From contig OX597838.1 of NCBI GenBank assembly GCA_951406725.2, positions 26,040,001-26,104,000 of the forward strand: DNA of 64,000 bases. Direction: 5' to 3'. Position numbers and translations under genes: made by a program. This stretch comes from Octopus vulgaris. Its lineage: Eukaryota. Within the stretch, counting starts at the first letter, position 1; each line of letters opens with the position of its first letter. Below, piece by piece: positions 25,012 through 36,269 of this stretch. The notes below the pieces were generated by a model. The model saw only the letters and a list, made by a program, of their open reading frames with translations, was not told the DNA's origin and did no database searches.

Positions 25012-25425
25012 ACATTATTTATATTATTTACATTATTTACATTTGATGGATATTTACCCTTATCTTGTTTGTTGTTAACATAACGTTTCAGCTGATATAC
25101 CCTCCAGCCTTCATCATGTGTCTTGGGGGAAATTTCGAACCTGGGTTCTCATTCCTAAGGTATTTTTCGATGTTCTTGTTGTTGTTATTATTCAGGTCAC
25201 TGCCTGGAATCGAACTCGGAATCTTGGGGTTAGTAGCCCGTGCTCTTAACCACTACGCCATATGCCGTGGGATGAGAACCCAGGTTCGAAATTTCCCCAA
25301 GACACCTGATGAAGGCTGGAGGGTATATCAGCCGAAACGTTGTGTTAACAACAAACAAGATGAGGAGAAATATCCGTCAATTGTAAATAATGTGCATAAT
25401 TCCTCATGTCTTAGTTATAGAACTG
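25012..25425. mobile_element. tRNA-headed, hammerhead-containing SINE-like element inserted as an inverted pair (copy 1)
   Basis: Minus-strand full unit (tRNA head 25266-25194, (AAT/AAC)n, hammerhead 25122-25077) plus a plus-strand 5'-truncated unit with tail. Imperfect 13-bp direct flanks AACGTCCGCGTTT / AACGCCCGTGTTT. Confidence 0.85.
25301..25346 (+). ncRNA. Minimal type-I hammerhead ribozyme, intact core
   Basis: GACAC-CTGATGA-AGGCTG GAGGGTATAT CAGCC-GAAACGTT-GTGTT: helix I GACAC/GUGUU, stem II GGCUG/CAGCC, palindromic AACGUU in place of stem III. Confidence 0.85.
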
Positions 25426-25557
25426 AACGCCCGTGTTTGTTTTCAGATTTTTAGTTTGCTCTTGTTTCATATGTTCTGAGTAATACTAATATAAAGGCTT
25501 TCTTTCATAAATCCCCAATTACTTTGGTGGTTGAAAACAATCTGAGAATGTGAATTA

Positions 25558-26123
25558 ATGGGTTGTCCGGAAAGTTTGTGCCGATTTTTAAAGGAAAGAA
25601 AAAGATCAATAAATACTTGCTATTACATTTTTAATCAACCAAATATGAACCATTTTGTTGCACAATGCGTCTCCACCTTTCCTTTAACTTGAAAATACCC
25701 TCTTCCCAGAATTGAGGTGGTTTCGTGGCAAAGAATTCATCAAGGTATCTTTTTACGTCATCCAAGGAATTGAAATTTTTACCATTAAGACTATTCTGCA
25801 GAGACCTGAATAAGTGGAAATCCGAAGGAGCAATATCTGGTGAATATGGAGGGTGGGGTAACACATCCCAGCCGAGTTGCAGCAATTTTTGTCTGGTTCC
25901 CAAAGCATCAAGTGCCGAAAATAAACTTTCTTATCTTCCATTTCAAAGGGTTACAGAATTAATACAGGTTATAGGAACATAAACCTTCTTCCACGAAAAG
26001 ATAGCTTAAGCTGTACTCTAGATGGAGGTGTAGTCAAATCCTATTTTATGGACTCAACCATGTTCTAAATTAAGTCGAAAGGTAAGCTACTATAAATCGG
26101 CACGAACTTTCCGGACAACCCAA
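25558..26123 (-). mobile_element. Internally deleted mariner element (mellifera-like)
   Basis: ~30-bp TIRs TTGGGTTGTCCGGAAAGTTCGTGCCGATTT and TA flanks. N-terminal MEDKKVYFRHLML is joined to C-terminal LGWDVLPHPPYSPDIAPSDFHLFRSLQN...GIFKLKERWRRIVQQNGSY. Confidence 0.93.
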
Positions 26124-26562
26124 TATATACAATGTATAAACGTCAGGGAAATATGTGTATCATATATGACGCATGGACATAAGGGATGTCCTGCCTGTCC
26201 AAAGCATTTTCATCAGTTTTCATAAATGTCCTTGCTTGTTTTCAAACTTTTACTTAGCCCTTGTCTCATACGTTCTGTATAATATATTTTATAAGTTCCT
26301 AGTTACACTAATAGTTGAAAAAATTGGGAGTGTGCATCATCTACAATGTATGTATGTGTGTTTGTGTGTGCGACTATGTGTGTGTTTGTATTTTTGTGTA
26401 TATATGTATGAATATAAAATTATAAATTAGGGTATCTACGAGATACCACCATGCTGAAAATAGCAGCCATAATCTGACTCTAAAACCACCTTAAGTGTCC
26501 ATATAGCAACACGGAGAGAAGACAAAGAGCCATGATGAAACTAGTAAAAAAATTACTGGATA

Positions 26563-26621
26563 ATTCCAGATCCCGGATTTCTGACTTTGCATTTAGGAAT
26601 GCTTTGCCTCATCAGTGGAAT
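26563..26621 (-). ncRNA. Type-I hammerhead ribozyme
   Basis: Minus strand: ATTCCA-CTGATGA-GGCAAAGCATT CCTA AATGCAAAGTCA-GAAATCCGGGATC-TGGAAT; 6-bp helix I, near-palindromic stem III, AUC triplet. Confidence 0.7.
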
Positions 26622-27063
26622 ATACATAGAAAGAAACATAAATATATATATATAAATACAACATACGAATACTTACATATACGAACGTATACCTACATAT
26701 AATATGCACGTATGCATCATGACTAATGTATGAATGTGTGTGTGTGTGTGTGTATGTGTGTGTACATATATATGTATGTATAAACATATACGTATGTGTA
26801 CATTATAGGTAGTTTCAATGATTGAGTATAAATGATTTCTGAGAGAGATTACTGAGAGGGTGACAATCGTACGATAAGAGAAAGTCAAATCATTGTTATC
26901 ATGTTTAAGATAGGCACCACGAAGCAGCTGATTAGGAATAATTATTTTGCGAACAAGATACAATATTAGTCAAAAACTAATGTTATTTTATTCTAGGAAA
27001 GAAAGAAGTAGCAGGCTTACATGTGAAGTTATCGTCTGTTGGAAATTGAAGACATTTTTCATT

Positions 27064-27290
27064 TCTTCTTCTTCTTCTTCTTCTTCTTCTTCTTCTTCTT
27101 CTTCTTCTTCTTCTTCTTCTTCTTCTTCTTCTTCTTCTTCTTCTTCTTCTTCTTCTTCTTCTTCTTCTTCTTCTTCTTCTTCTTCTTCTTCTTCTTCTTC
27201 TTCTTCTTCTTCTTCTTCTTCTTCTTCTTCTTCTTCTTCTTCTTCTTCTTCTTCTTCTTCTTCTTCTTCTTCTTCTTCTTCTTCTTCTTC
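27064..27290. repeat. Pure (TTC)n/(GAA)n tract, about 75 units
   Basis: Seen directly. Confidence 0.97.
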
Positions 27291-27606
27291 GATGCTGGGC
27301 CTAAGTATTCAGTATCCATCGCGGTGTTGCAAGTTTGCTTTGGTCGCGAAAAATGTATCGTTGCTGGATCTTTCTTTGTTGGATTAAAGCTACGAGTAGA
27401 AAAAAACCGAAACAAACTCAGGAGTATTTAAATTGATACTTATTGGCCGGTCATGATGATATTGACTATTTACAATGAACAGTGGTGATAACTGTGTCAA
27501 ATGTGATAGAGAGAAAAACCGTGCCGCGTCCGCACCTGTAGACTTTTCATTTAAGACAGAGTGCGATTGTTCAGAACGGGTCTACAAGAGAACCTGAAGT
27601 TGTCTT

Positions 27607-27983
27607 CACTCTTTTACTTGTTTCAGTCATTTGACTGCGGCCATGCTGGAGCACCGCCTTTAGTCAAGCAAATCGACCCCAGGACTTATTCTTTGTAAGC
27701 CTAGTACTTATTTTATCGGTCTTTTTTGCTGAACCGCTAAGTTACGGCGACGTAAACACACCAGCATTGGTTGTCAAGCGATGTTGGGAGGACAAACACA
27801 CACATATATACATATACATATATACGACGGGCTTCTTTCAGTTTCCGTCTACCAAATCCACTCAGGGCTTTGGTCGACCTGAGGCTATAGTAGAAGACAC
27901 TTGCCCAAAGTGCCACGAAGTGGGACTGAACCTAGAACCATGTGGTTGGTAAGCAAGTTACTTACCACACAGCCACTCCTGCG
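27607..27983 (-). mobile_element. SINE family 1
   Basis: Full-length reverse-complement copy. Confidence 0.88.
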
Positions 27984-28924
27984 TAAATCGTCTCAAGAAA
28001 GGAGGCGTGTCAATCAGTCAGCCGTCTCCGACTCTCTGTCATGAGCCAAAGCGCCAAAACAAATTATATAAAATGAACAGGTGGTTTCTGGAACATCCGA
28101 GAAAACCGCATCACGTCACAGCTTCATGCTGATTGGTCAGTTTATAGATCAATCACGTGAAGCTGGTGGCTTAGTCGTGCTCCACAACCGAGTATGTAGT
28201 TGTTAGGATTCGACTCCCTGCTATATCGGCGAAAAATTGCTCTCCTCCAATTTGAAAACGAATATTCTTATCTTTCCACTTGTTTTATGGACAGATTGTG
28301 ACACTTCGTGGATTTTGTACGGTGTTGACATTGCTTGAATAGCTCGGCTCATCCATCCGAGCTAAGGTAGATAAACATTAGCATCACTGACCCGCCCCAG
28401 CTATAATACTACTAAAGCACCACCAACAGCACTGACAGCAACACCAATACATCACCCATAGAATCACAGGAAGCTGACCGAACAGCATCACCAATAACTT
28501 CATCAATAACATGACTGATAACATAATCAACAGCATCTCCAATTGCATGATCAATGGCATCGTTAATAACATCACCAATAGCTTAACCTATATTTATCAC
28601 CAATAGAATCACCGGTAGCAAGAACAGGGGGTGATGTATTTGCACAACGTCAATAACAGAAACAGCAGTAAAGAAACGGGTGAGGGTGGGGAAACAAAAC
28701 ACAGCATCTTTCAGAATCCCCATCAATATGGTTACCAGCACCACGACCAGGATCACCACCATAACCACCGCCACTACCACCGTAACCACTATCAACACCA
28801 GAAACACCTCCACCACCACTACCACCATAACCACTATCACCATTACCACTGCTACCACCACCACACCTTCCGGAACCACTAGGCTCATCACTCGCACCAG
28901 AGACTGCACCCCCCCCACCATCAC

Positions 28925-29102
28925 CACCACCACCAGAATTGAAAATTAAAATTAAGACAATATCATCATCAGTAGTAGTAGTAGTAGTAGTAGTAGTTAT
29001 AAACAAACTTGATTTTTTACTACTACTACTACCACCACCACCATCACCACCAGAATTGAAAACTAGAATTAAGACAATATCATCATCATCATCATCATCA
29101 TC

Positions 29103-29135
<33 letters not shown>

Positions 29136-29165
29136 TATAAACAAACTTGATTTTTTACTACCACA
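28925..29165. repeat. Two tandem ~115-bp units containing (CAT)n(AGT)n
   Basis: CCAGAATTGAAAA...AAGACAATATCATC...GTTATAAACAAACTTGATTTTTTACTAC occurs twice. Confidence 0.85.
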
Positions 29166-29610
29166 ACCACTACTACTACAATATCGCCTCTTGACACCAC
29201 CTGGAATATCCTCACCGCCGCCTTCTAAGTTGCCTCTGGATTCTAAATAACCTAATTATAGAATCTCCGTGTTGATAAACACTGCAACTGCACGCCCTCC
29301 TCCCTCCCCATCCTTAAAACCCCCAGCACCACACGCGGGCAATGCATCCTCCTCCTCTTCTTCCTCCATCTCCCCCACTTTCATTCACGACGACGACTAC
29401 CACCACCACCACCATCACCACCACCACCACCACTACTGCTGCCGCCACCGCCGCCGCTGGGCTTGTACCTTGGCGAGCAGGATTTTTGGTATGACTCCGA
29501 AAAGGCTGTTCCAGAAATTGCCTTTCAGACCTTTCATTCTTCCTCTCCACCACCTCCTCCTCCTCCTCTCTCTCTCTCTCTATACACACACACACACACA
29601 CACATACATT

Positions 29611-29697
<87 letters not shown>

Positions 29698-29747
29698 TAG
29701 TTAATGTTTGCGTTCTAATGTATACATATATGTATACACATGCTGAA

Positions 29748-29782
<35 letters not shown>

Positions 29783-29882
29783 ATCTCCAATCCAACAAAG
29801 AATTCTTTATAAATAAATACGTGCGCGCGCGCGTTTAAAGCTTCTCTCTCTCTTTCTCTCTCCCGCTCTCTCTCTCTCTATA

Positions 29883-29941
<59 letters not shown>

Positions 29942-29965
29942 ATCTATATTGAGAGATAGATATAC

Positions 29966-29996
<31 letters not shown>

Positions 29997-30186
29997 AGCT
30001 TGTGGTTGATGCAGGGATGCAAGCGCGTACAAGTATGTATTGTCTGCGTCTGTTATTTCTATTCAGAATTGTGGAAGTTGCCAATATTTATCCATTTTGT
30101 CTACATCAAACAGGAGCAACCAGAACAATAGCAAAACCAGCAACAACAACAACAACAATAATAATAAAGTCACTATCGCCAGCACC

Positions 30187-30218
<32 letters not shown>

Positions 30219-30304
30219 CAACGGCATCAACAACAATGGCAGCAACAACAAAGGCGATTATTATCAATAAATATTTATATTTTTATAGAACATAAATATT
30301 GCGC

Positions 30305-30341
<37 letters not shown>

Positions 30342-30363
30342 CATACACATATATATATATGTG

Positions 30364-30418
<55 letters not shown>

Positions 30419-30613
30419 GTGTGCGCGTGTGTGTCTGTATAATTCTATATTTACAATATATATTAGTGTATATTTAATTATAGATGGCCTATAATGTACA
30501 TGTATGATATATCATCTATGTATGATACATGTCTTTATGTGTATGCGTGTGCGTATGTATATACGTATATATGTATATATGTATATATGTATGTGTATAT
30601 ATATATATGTATG

Positions 30614-30732
<119 letters not shown>

Positions 30733-30905
30733 ATGTATGTGTATATATATATATACACACACGTACATATAAAAATTATTTAAACATTATAATTCGGCTA
30801 CATGCGACAAAGTTTCGGAGGCTTCTAAACGAGAACGTTTAAGATCAGGTTACAGATACATACAAATATACATACACACATGCACATGCATGCAAATATA
30901 TATAC

Positions 30906-30982
<77 letters not shown>

Positions 30983-31257
30983 ATTTAATGTACACAGTAT
31001 TCAAAATAAGAGTTACTAATCGTTTTTTGCTATAGAAACAGAGATTATGCAAATTTACATAACGCGCCTTGTGTCTCCGAGCAATCCCTGGCTGGATGCT
31101 GGTATATGAGAAATCGCGAGAAAGAAAAACGCGAATAAGGTTGATGCGAAAACTGGAATGAGGAGACAAACAGTATATTTATATGGGGAAAGAAAGAGAG
31201 AGAGAGAGAGTGTGAGAGAGAGTAGAAGAGACAGAGAGTGGAGCGAGAGAATGAGAA

Positions 31258-31290
<33 letters not shown>

Positions 31291-31364
31291 GAAAGAGAGA
31301 TTGAGAGAAAGAAAAAGAGTGAGAAAAGGCGCGAGAGAGTGAGAGGTAGAGAGAGAGAGAGAGA

Positions 31365-31404
<40 letters not shown>

Positions 31405-32109
31405 ATGAGGCCAATATCAAACACTTGAGTACTTTATATTATCAACTCCGAAAGTATGAAAGGCAAAGTCAACCTAAATGAGATTTGAACTCGGAACGCA
31501 AAGAGTCGAAATGAAAGCAATAAAATAATAGAAAAAAATAGCCATCTGTATATCATACTGAATGTAAATACATCGTAAGAAACGCTAATTCATTGCGCTG
31601 TTCGTCCAGTGATGATATTGCCTATGGACATACTGTTTAAAAACTTTATTCGCTTTTGGATATACTGTGTTTAAAACAACGTGTTGCAGCAGCTGGTAAC
31701 AATTCTATATGCGCATTTCTGCTTTTTTAGGTGTTGTCAGTAGCCATCGGTGAATTTTATATATAAACTTACAGTAAACATCCAGAATGTAAACACAACC
31801 ACTATTAAAGAACTTATAATCAAAAACATTCCATTATTGACCTTTCCGGCTTTTTCTTTATAAGAGGTTGCATTACTCAAGTTTGGATTTTGCGGGCGAT
31901 TTCGCTGGTATTTCTAGCAAGTCAAATAAGAACGTTGAAATCGCCCCACTACCATCATACGCTTTGATAAAAGATATGTTGTAAATATGATTTGTTCAAT
32001 TCGTATTTGGAAGTTAGACGTGGAATAATTCCATGCTATTCTAATTCATTGATATATTCGGACATAAATATCCTCTTCTTAGCAGTTCTAACATCGATGT
32101 TTTGGCCAT

Positions 32110-32300
32110 TATAGAAAACCAACTTACAAAAAGGCAAAAGTCGAAGACGGGTGTGTAAACAACAAACATGTATTAGTTTAACGCTCGGGAAGTGAGAAAG
32201 TCTTTTACGTTTCGAGCCTACGCTGTTCGACAGAAAGGAACACAGAAATAAACAGGGAGAGAAAATAGAAAAAGGTTTAGTGGCTAGCGATCTATCATGG
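32110..32300 (-). mobile_element. PLE-like fragment with a variant hammerhead-like motif (32202-32236)
   Basis: Minus strand: CTTT-CTGTCGA-ACAGC GTAG GCTC-GAAACGTA-AAAG. Confidence 0.5.
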
Positions 32301-32437
32301 CAAATGTATTGGATGAATACATACACATGTATTAGTGGTACAGATTATCGAGTGGAAAAGCTGGTCATTGCATAAACAAGGGTGTGAAAACATAAGCACA
32401 TAGAATCAAGTGAGCAATTGAGCAATATATATATATA

Positions 32438-32897
32438 GTATTAGGGAGTATATCCAAACTTACAGTGGAAAATTAGATTTAGGATTAAATCAAATTTCAC
32501 AGTATAAATATAAATTAAATTAGAGATAAAATCACTATTAGGTAACTCAAACAGTGATAGACATAAACCAATACATAAATAACAAAAAATATAAATATAA
32601 TATATATAAAAAATTTTAATTTTAACTTTTTAAATTTTTATATTTTTAAATTTTATTTTTTTACTTACCAAAAAGTATAAAGAAAGATAAATATAATATA
32701 AGTATATATACTTATATTTATCTTTTTTTTATACTTTTTGGTTAGTAAAAAAAATAAAATTTAAAAAGTTAAATTTTAAATTTTATATTTTATATATATA
32801 TATTTTATATTAATTATATTTATATTTTTTGTTATTTATGTATTGGTTATGTCTATCACTGTTTGAGTTGCCTAATAGCGGTTTTATCTCCAATTTA

Positions 32898-32903
<6 letters not shown>
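32438..32903. mobile_element. AT-rich imperfect palindrome with one-sided tail in (TA)n
   Basis: Arms ~32510-32705 and 32705-32903 (CTATTAGGTAACTCAAACAGTGATAGACATAA / TTATGTCTATCACTGTTTGAGTTGCCTAATAG); extra ~70 bp on the left. Confidence 0.65.
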
Positions 32904-32928
<25 letters not shown>

Positions 32929-32940
32929 TTAAAAAAAATA

Positions 32941-33101
32941 TAGGAGTGGCTGTGTGGTAAGTAGCTTGTTTACCAACCACATGGTTCCGGGTTCAGTCCC
33001 ACTGCGTGGCACCTTGGGTAAGTGTCTTCTACTATAGCCTCGGGCCGACCAAAGCCTTGTGAGTGGATTTGGTAGACGGAAACTGAAAGAAGCCCGTCGT
33101 A

Positions 33102-33162
<61 letters not shown>

Positions 33163-33363
33163 CTGTGTTTGTCCCCCTAGCATTGCTTGACAACCGATGC
33201 TGGTGTGTTTATGTCCTCGTTACTTAGCGGTTCGGCAAAAGAGACCGATAGAATAAGTACTGGGCTTACAAAAGAATAAGTCCCGGGGTCGAGTTGCTCG
33301 ATTAAAGGCGGTGCTCCAGCATGGCCGCAGTCAAATGACTGAAACAAGTAAAAGAGTAAAAGA

Positions 33364-33365
<2 letters not shown>
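32941..33365 (+). mobile_element. SINE family 1, young full-length copy
   Basis: Intact boxes and tail. Confidence 0.9.
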
Positions 33366-33402
<37 letters not shown>

Positions 33403-33845
33403 CGTCGTGTGCCTATAGTAGTAAGGAGTATTTCCCGATATAATTGAAAGCCTGACATGGAATTTGGGCACCATAGCTCCGTATAGTGTTTACGTCATAA
33501 GTAGGGTTCTTTTTGAGAGCAACGTTCGTGGCCTTATTGTAATATATTTCTTTTATGTATGTGAGTACTTTTGTTTAGTCAGACAGTGAATTAATAAAAC
33601 AAGTCACGTGTTTCAACGATATGAATTTTTATTCTTTTTACCTTGTGTCACCTAATTCAACATCGTCACACATCGTCACACAGTCAAACTTCATCACATA
33701 TCGCCCACTCACGCTATCAAACTTCTAATCCTGTTTCACACACCCTTCCTCCCTTTCTCCACGTCATGTAGCTCCGTGTTTTCTTTTTCGTTTTTACTTT
33801 GTTTAGCAAAATATATTTCTGTCTTCTTTTCGATTTTATCCCAAA

Positions 33846-34222
33846 CTAGCAGCATAGCCCGGCTTTGCCCGGGTATGTAAGAGCCCCTAGTAGGCAACGA
33901 CTAATCCCAATCTAGTTCTTTACCTCTAGGGAACGAAGGCGCATGTGTAGGATGCAATGTCTTCTCTTCACTCGAATACTTCTATGTATACGATGTTCCT
34001 AGCTGTCTCCCGACAGAAGATGTGTTGCATATAAAAAGCTTAGATTCTCGACCCCATGTCGAATTTATCGATTTTTTTCAGAACTGGGGGAACTTTTCAA
34101 AATTTTCGCTGTGTTAGTTTTGAATTATGACATTGGGCTATGTGTGTGTCAAGTTTCATCAGAATCGGTTGAAAGCCACACAGGCACACATACAGACAAA
34201 CTGCCGTTTATTTATAGAGAGA
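33846..34222 (-). mobile_element. Non-autonomous Helitron
   Basis: Minus strand 5' TC, 3' hairpin CCCGGGCAAAGCCGGG then CTAG, A|T target; 5' half shared with 5026-5397. Confidence 0.8.
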
Positions 34223-34362
34223 TTAGAAAAAATAGAAAGTTAACAGATATTATATATAAACCGAGAGAAATTAATTTCATTGTTTTCAACAATGACTACT
34301 CGAGTCGTTTGACGTAAACACTGGAATATATTGATAGCATATACAAAAAAAAAAAAAAAAAT

Positions 34363-34650
34363 GAGCACTCCGTCGGTCCCAGCTGATACGATCAACGGAA
34401 CAGCTTGCTCGTGAAATTAACGTGCAAGTGGCTGAGCACTCCACCGACACGTGTACCCTTAACGTAGTTCTCAGGGAGATACAGCGTGACACAGTGTGTG
34501 ACAAGGCTGGCCCTTTGAAATGCCAGCTGAGTAGACTGGAGCAACGTCAAATAAAGTGTCTTGTTTAAGGCCACAACACGACACCGGGAATCGAACTCAC
34601 GACCTTACGATCGTGAGCCGAATGCCCTAACCATTAAGCCACGCCCCTAA
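34363..34650 (-). mobile_element. SINE family 2 variant
   Basis: tRNA-like head on the minus strand (GGCGTGGCTTAATGGTTAGGGC...GAGTTCGATTCCC); 3' part shared with 44084-44250. Confidence 0.75.
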
Positions 34651-34673
34651 CTTGTGAATATTGTCAAAAGACA

Positions 34674-35186
34674 TCTATATATATAAAACTGTAGTTGTGT
34701 GAGTGTCTGTCCCTTTCGATTTAGATTCCTAACTACTCCCACATTTTGCGGTGCAGTTTAACCAAATTCGGGTATCTTATAGTCGTGATTCATATCGAGC
34801 CCGTCTGAGTATTAGCGCTCGTCTACGATGAGTCTACGATTTTAAAAATAATTTAACATAATTTTTTATTCCATTTTAATGCATATTTTTTCGTGTGTCG
34901 ATGGCGGCGGATTTGGCGTCCATGGTCACACCTGCACCTGTTTGCGTCTCCCCCTTCTTCCCTCCCTCGTGAAGCTGTGGGGAAGGGAGTGTAAGGAAAT
35001 CAACGTCGTAAAGCGTTGTCAAGGAGACCAGCGTTCTTTTAGAACAACGACTTCATGGCTTGAAGACACCAAAACAGAAATGGCTAAGAAAGCCCGAATT
35101 GGCATCTATAAGGGAAGTAACTCTCTAAAAATGCTTATATAGTTATTTCCCTTACAAACCCGAGCAACGCCGGGCGATACTGCTAG
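34674..35186 (+). mobile_element. Non-autonomous Helitron
   Basis: A|TCTATATATATAAAA ... CCCGAGCAACGCCGGGCGATACTGCTAG|T. Confidence 0.85.
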
Positions 35187-35361
35187 TACGTTATAAGTGT
35201 ATATTCCAAAAGACGCCATTTGCATGAAAAACAAAAGTTATGTGGTTACGGAGATATTTAATGCTAGGAACATAAAAATACCTAACTGGAAATACATCTG
35301 CACAGTAATTCTGTTATCAGCAAGTACTGTGAAGTTTTAAGTTTTGCTGAGGAGCATTGAT

Positions 35362-35513
35362 TACATTATTTACATTTGACGGATATTTGTTCTCATCTTG
35401 TTTGTTGATAACACAACGTTTCGGCTGATATACCCTCCAGCCTTCAACAGGTGTGTTGGGGTAATTTCTAACCTGGGTTCTCATTCCTAAGGTATTTTTC
35501 GATGTTGTTGTTG

Positions 35514-35594
<81 letters not shown>

Positions 35595-35933
35595 TCACTG
35601 CCTGGAATTGAACTTGGAAACTTGGGGTTAGTAACCCGCGCCATATGCCCGTAGCGTAGTGGTTAAGAACGTGAGCTACTAGCCCCAAGATTCCGAGCTC
35701 GATTCCAGGAAGTGACCTGAATAATAATAATAATAATAACAATAATAATAATAATAATATCGAAAAATATCTTATGAATGAGAACCCAGGTTAGAAAATT
35801 TCCCCAGACACCCGATGAAGGCTGGAGAGTATATCAGCCGAAACGTTGTGTTAACAACAAACAAGATGAGGACAAATATCCATCAAATGTAAATAATGTA
35901 CATAATTCCTCATCTCTTAAATATAGGACTGTA
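35362..35933. mobile_element. tRNA-headed, hammerhead-containing SINE-like element, head-to-head inverted pair (copy 2)
   Basis: Plus unit: tRNA head 35651-35720, (AAT)n, hammerhead 35807-35852, tail to 35933. Minus unit: 35650-35362. TTTGCTGAGGAG is repeated at 35343-35354 and 35934-35945. Confidence 0.85.
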
Positions 35934-36269
35934 TTTGCTGAGGAGGTCTTATAAAACCAAAACACATCCGCAGTTATTTCCCATGTTGGACGAAACAATC
36001 AAAACGATATTAGTTGATGACTAATATCATTTTTCGTTATCGCTCAATTTCAAATTAGCAATTTGATGTAATCTGCACAAAATATGTTTATATTAACTGT
36101 TATAATATATAGTAAATCACTAAGTAACATGCAATAGTATTGGGGATGGAGAAGCTTACCTTAAGATTATCAAGTGGTAATGACTTCCAGATAACACTGA
36201 GGCCATCAAGAACAGCCTTGCTTTCGTGAGAAGAATTTCGACACTCCTCTTAGGATGCGATATTATTCC

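Noticed and set aside
25194-25266. tRNA gene (also the heads at 35651, 44400 and 62570)
   Set aside because: Acceptor and T stems do not pair properly, there is no oligo-T terminator, and each is fused to a repeated body, so these are SINE heads.
26947-27431. Poly-S, poly-F and poly-K ORFs
   Set aside because: Produced by the (TTC)n tract; no other coding evidence.
28380-28940. Thr/His-rich mucin-like ORFs
   Set aside because: Degenerate (CAN)n/(ACC)n low-complexity sequence with scattered stops.
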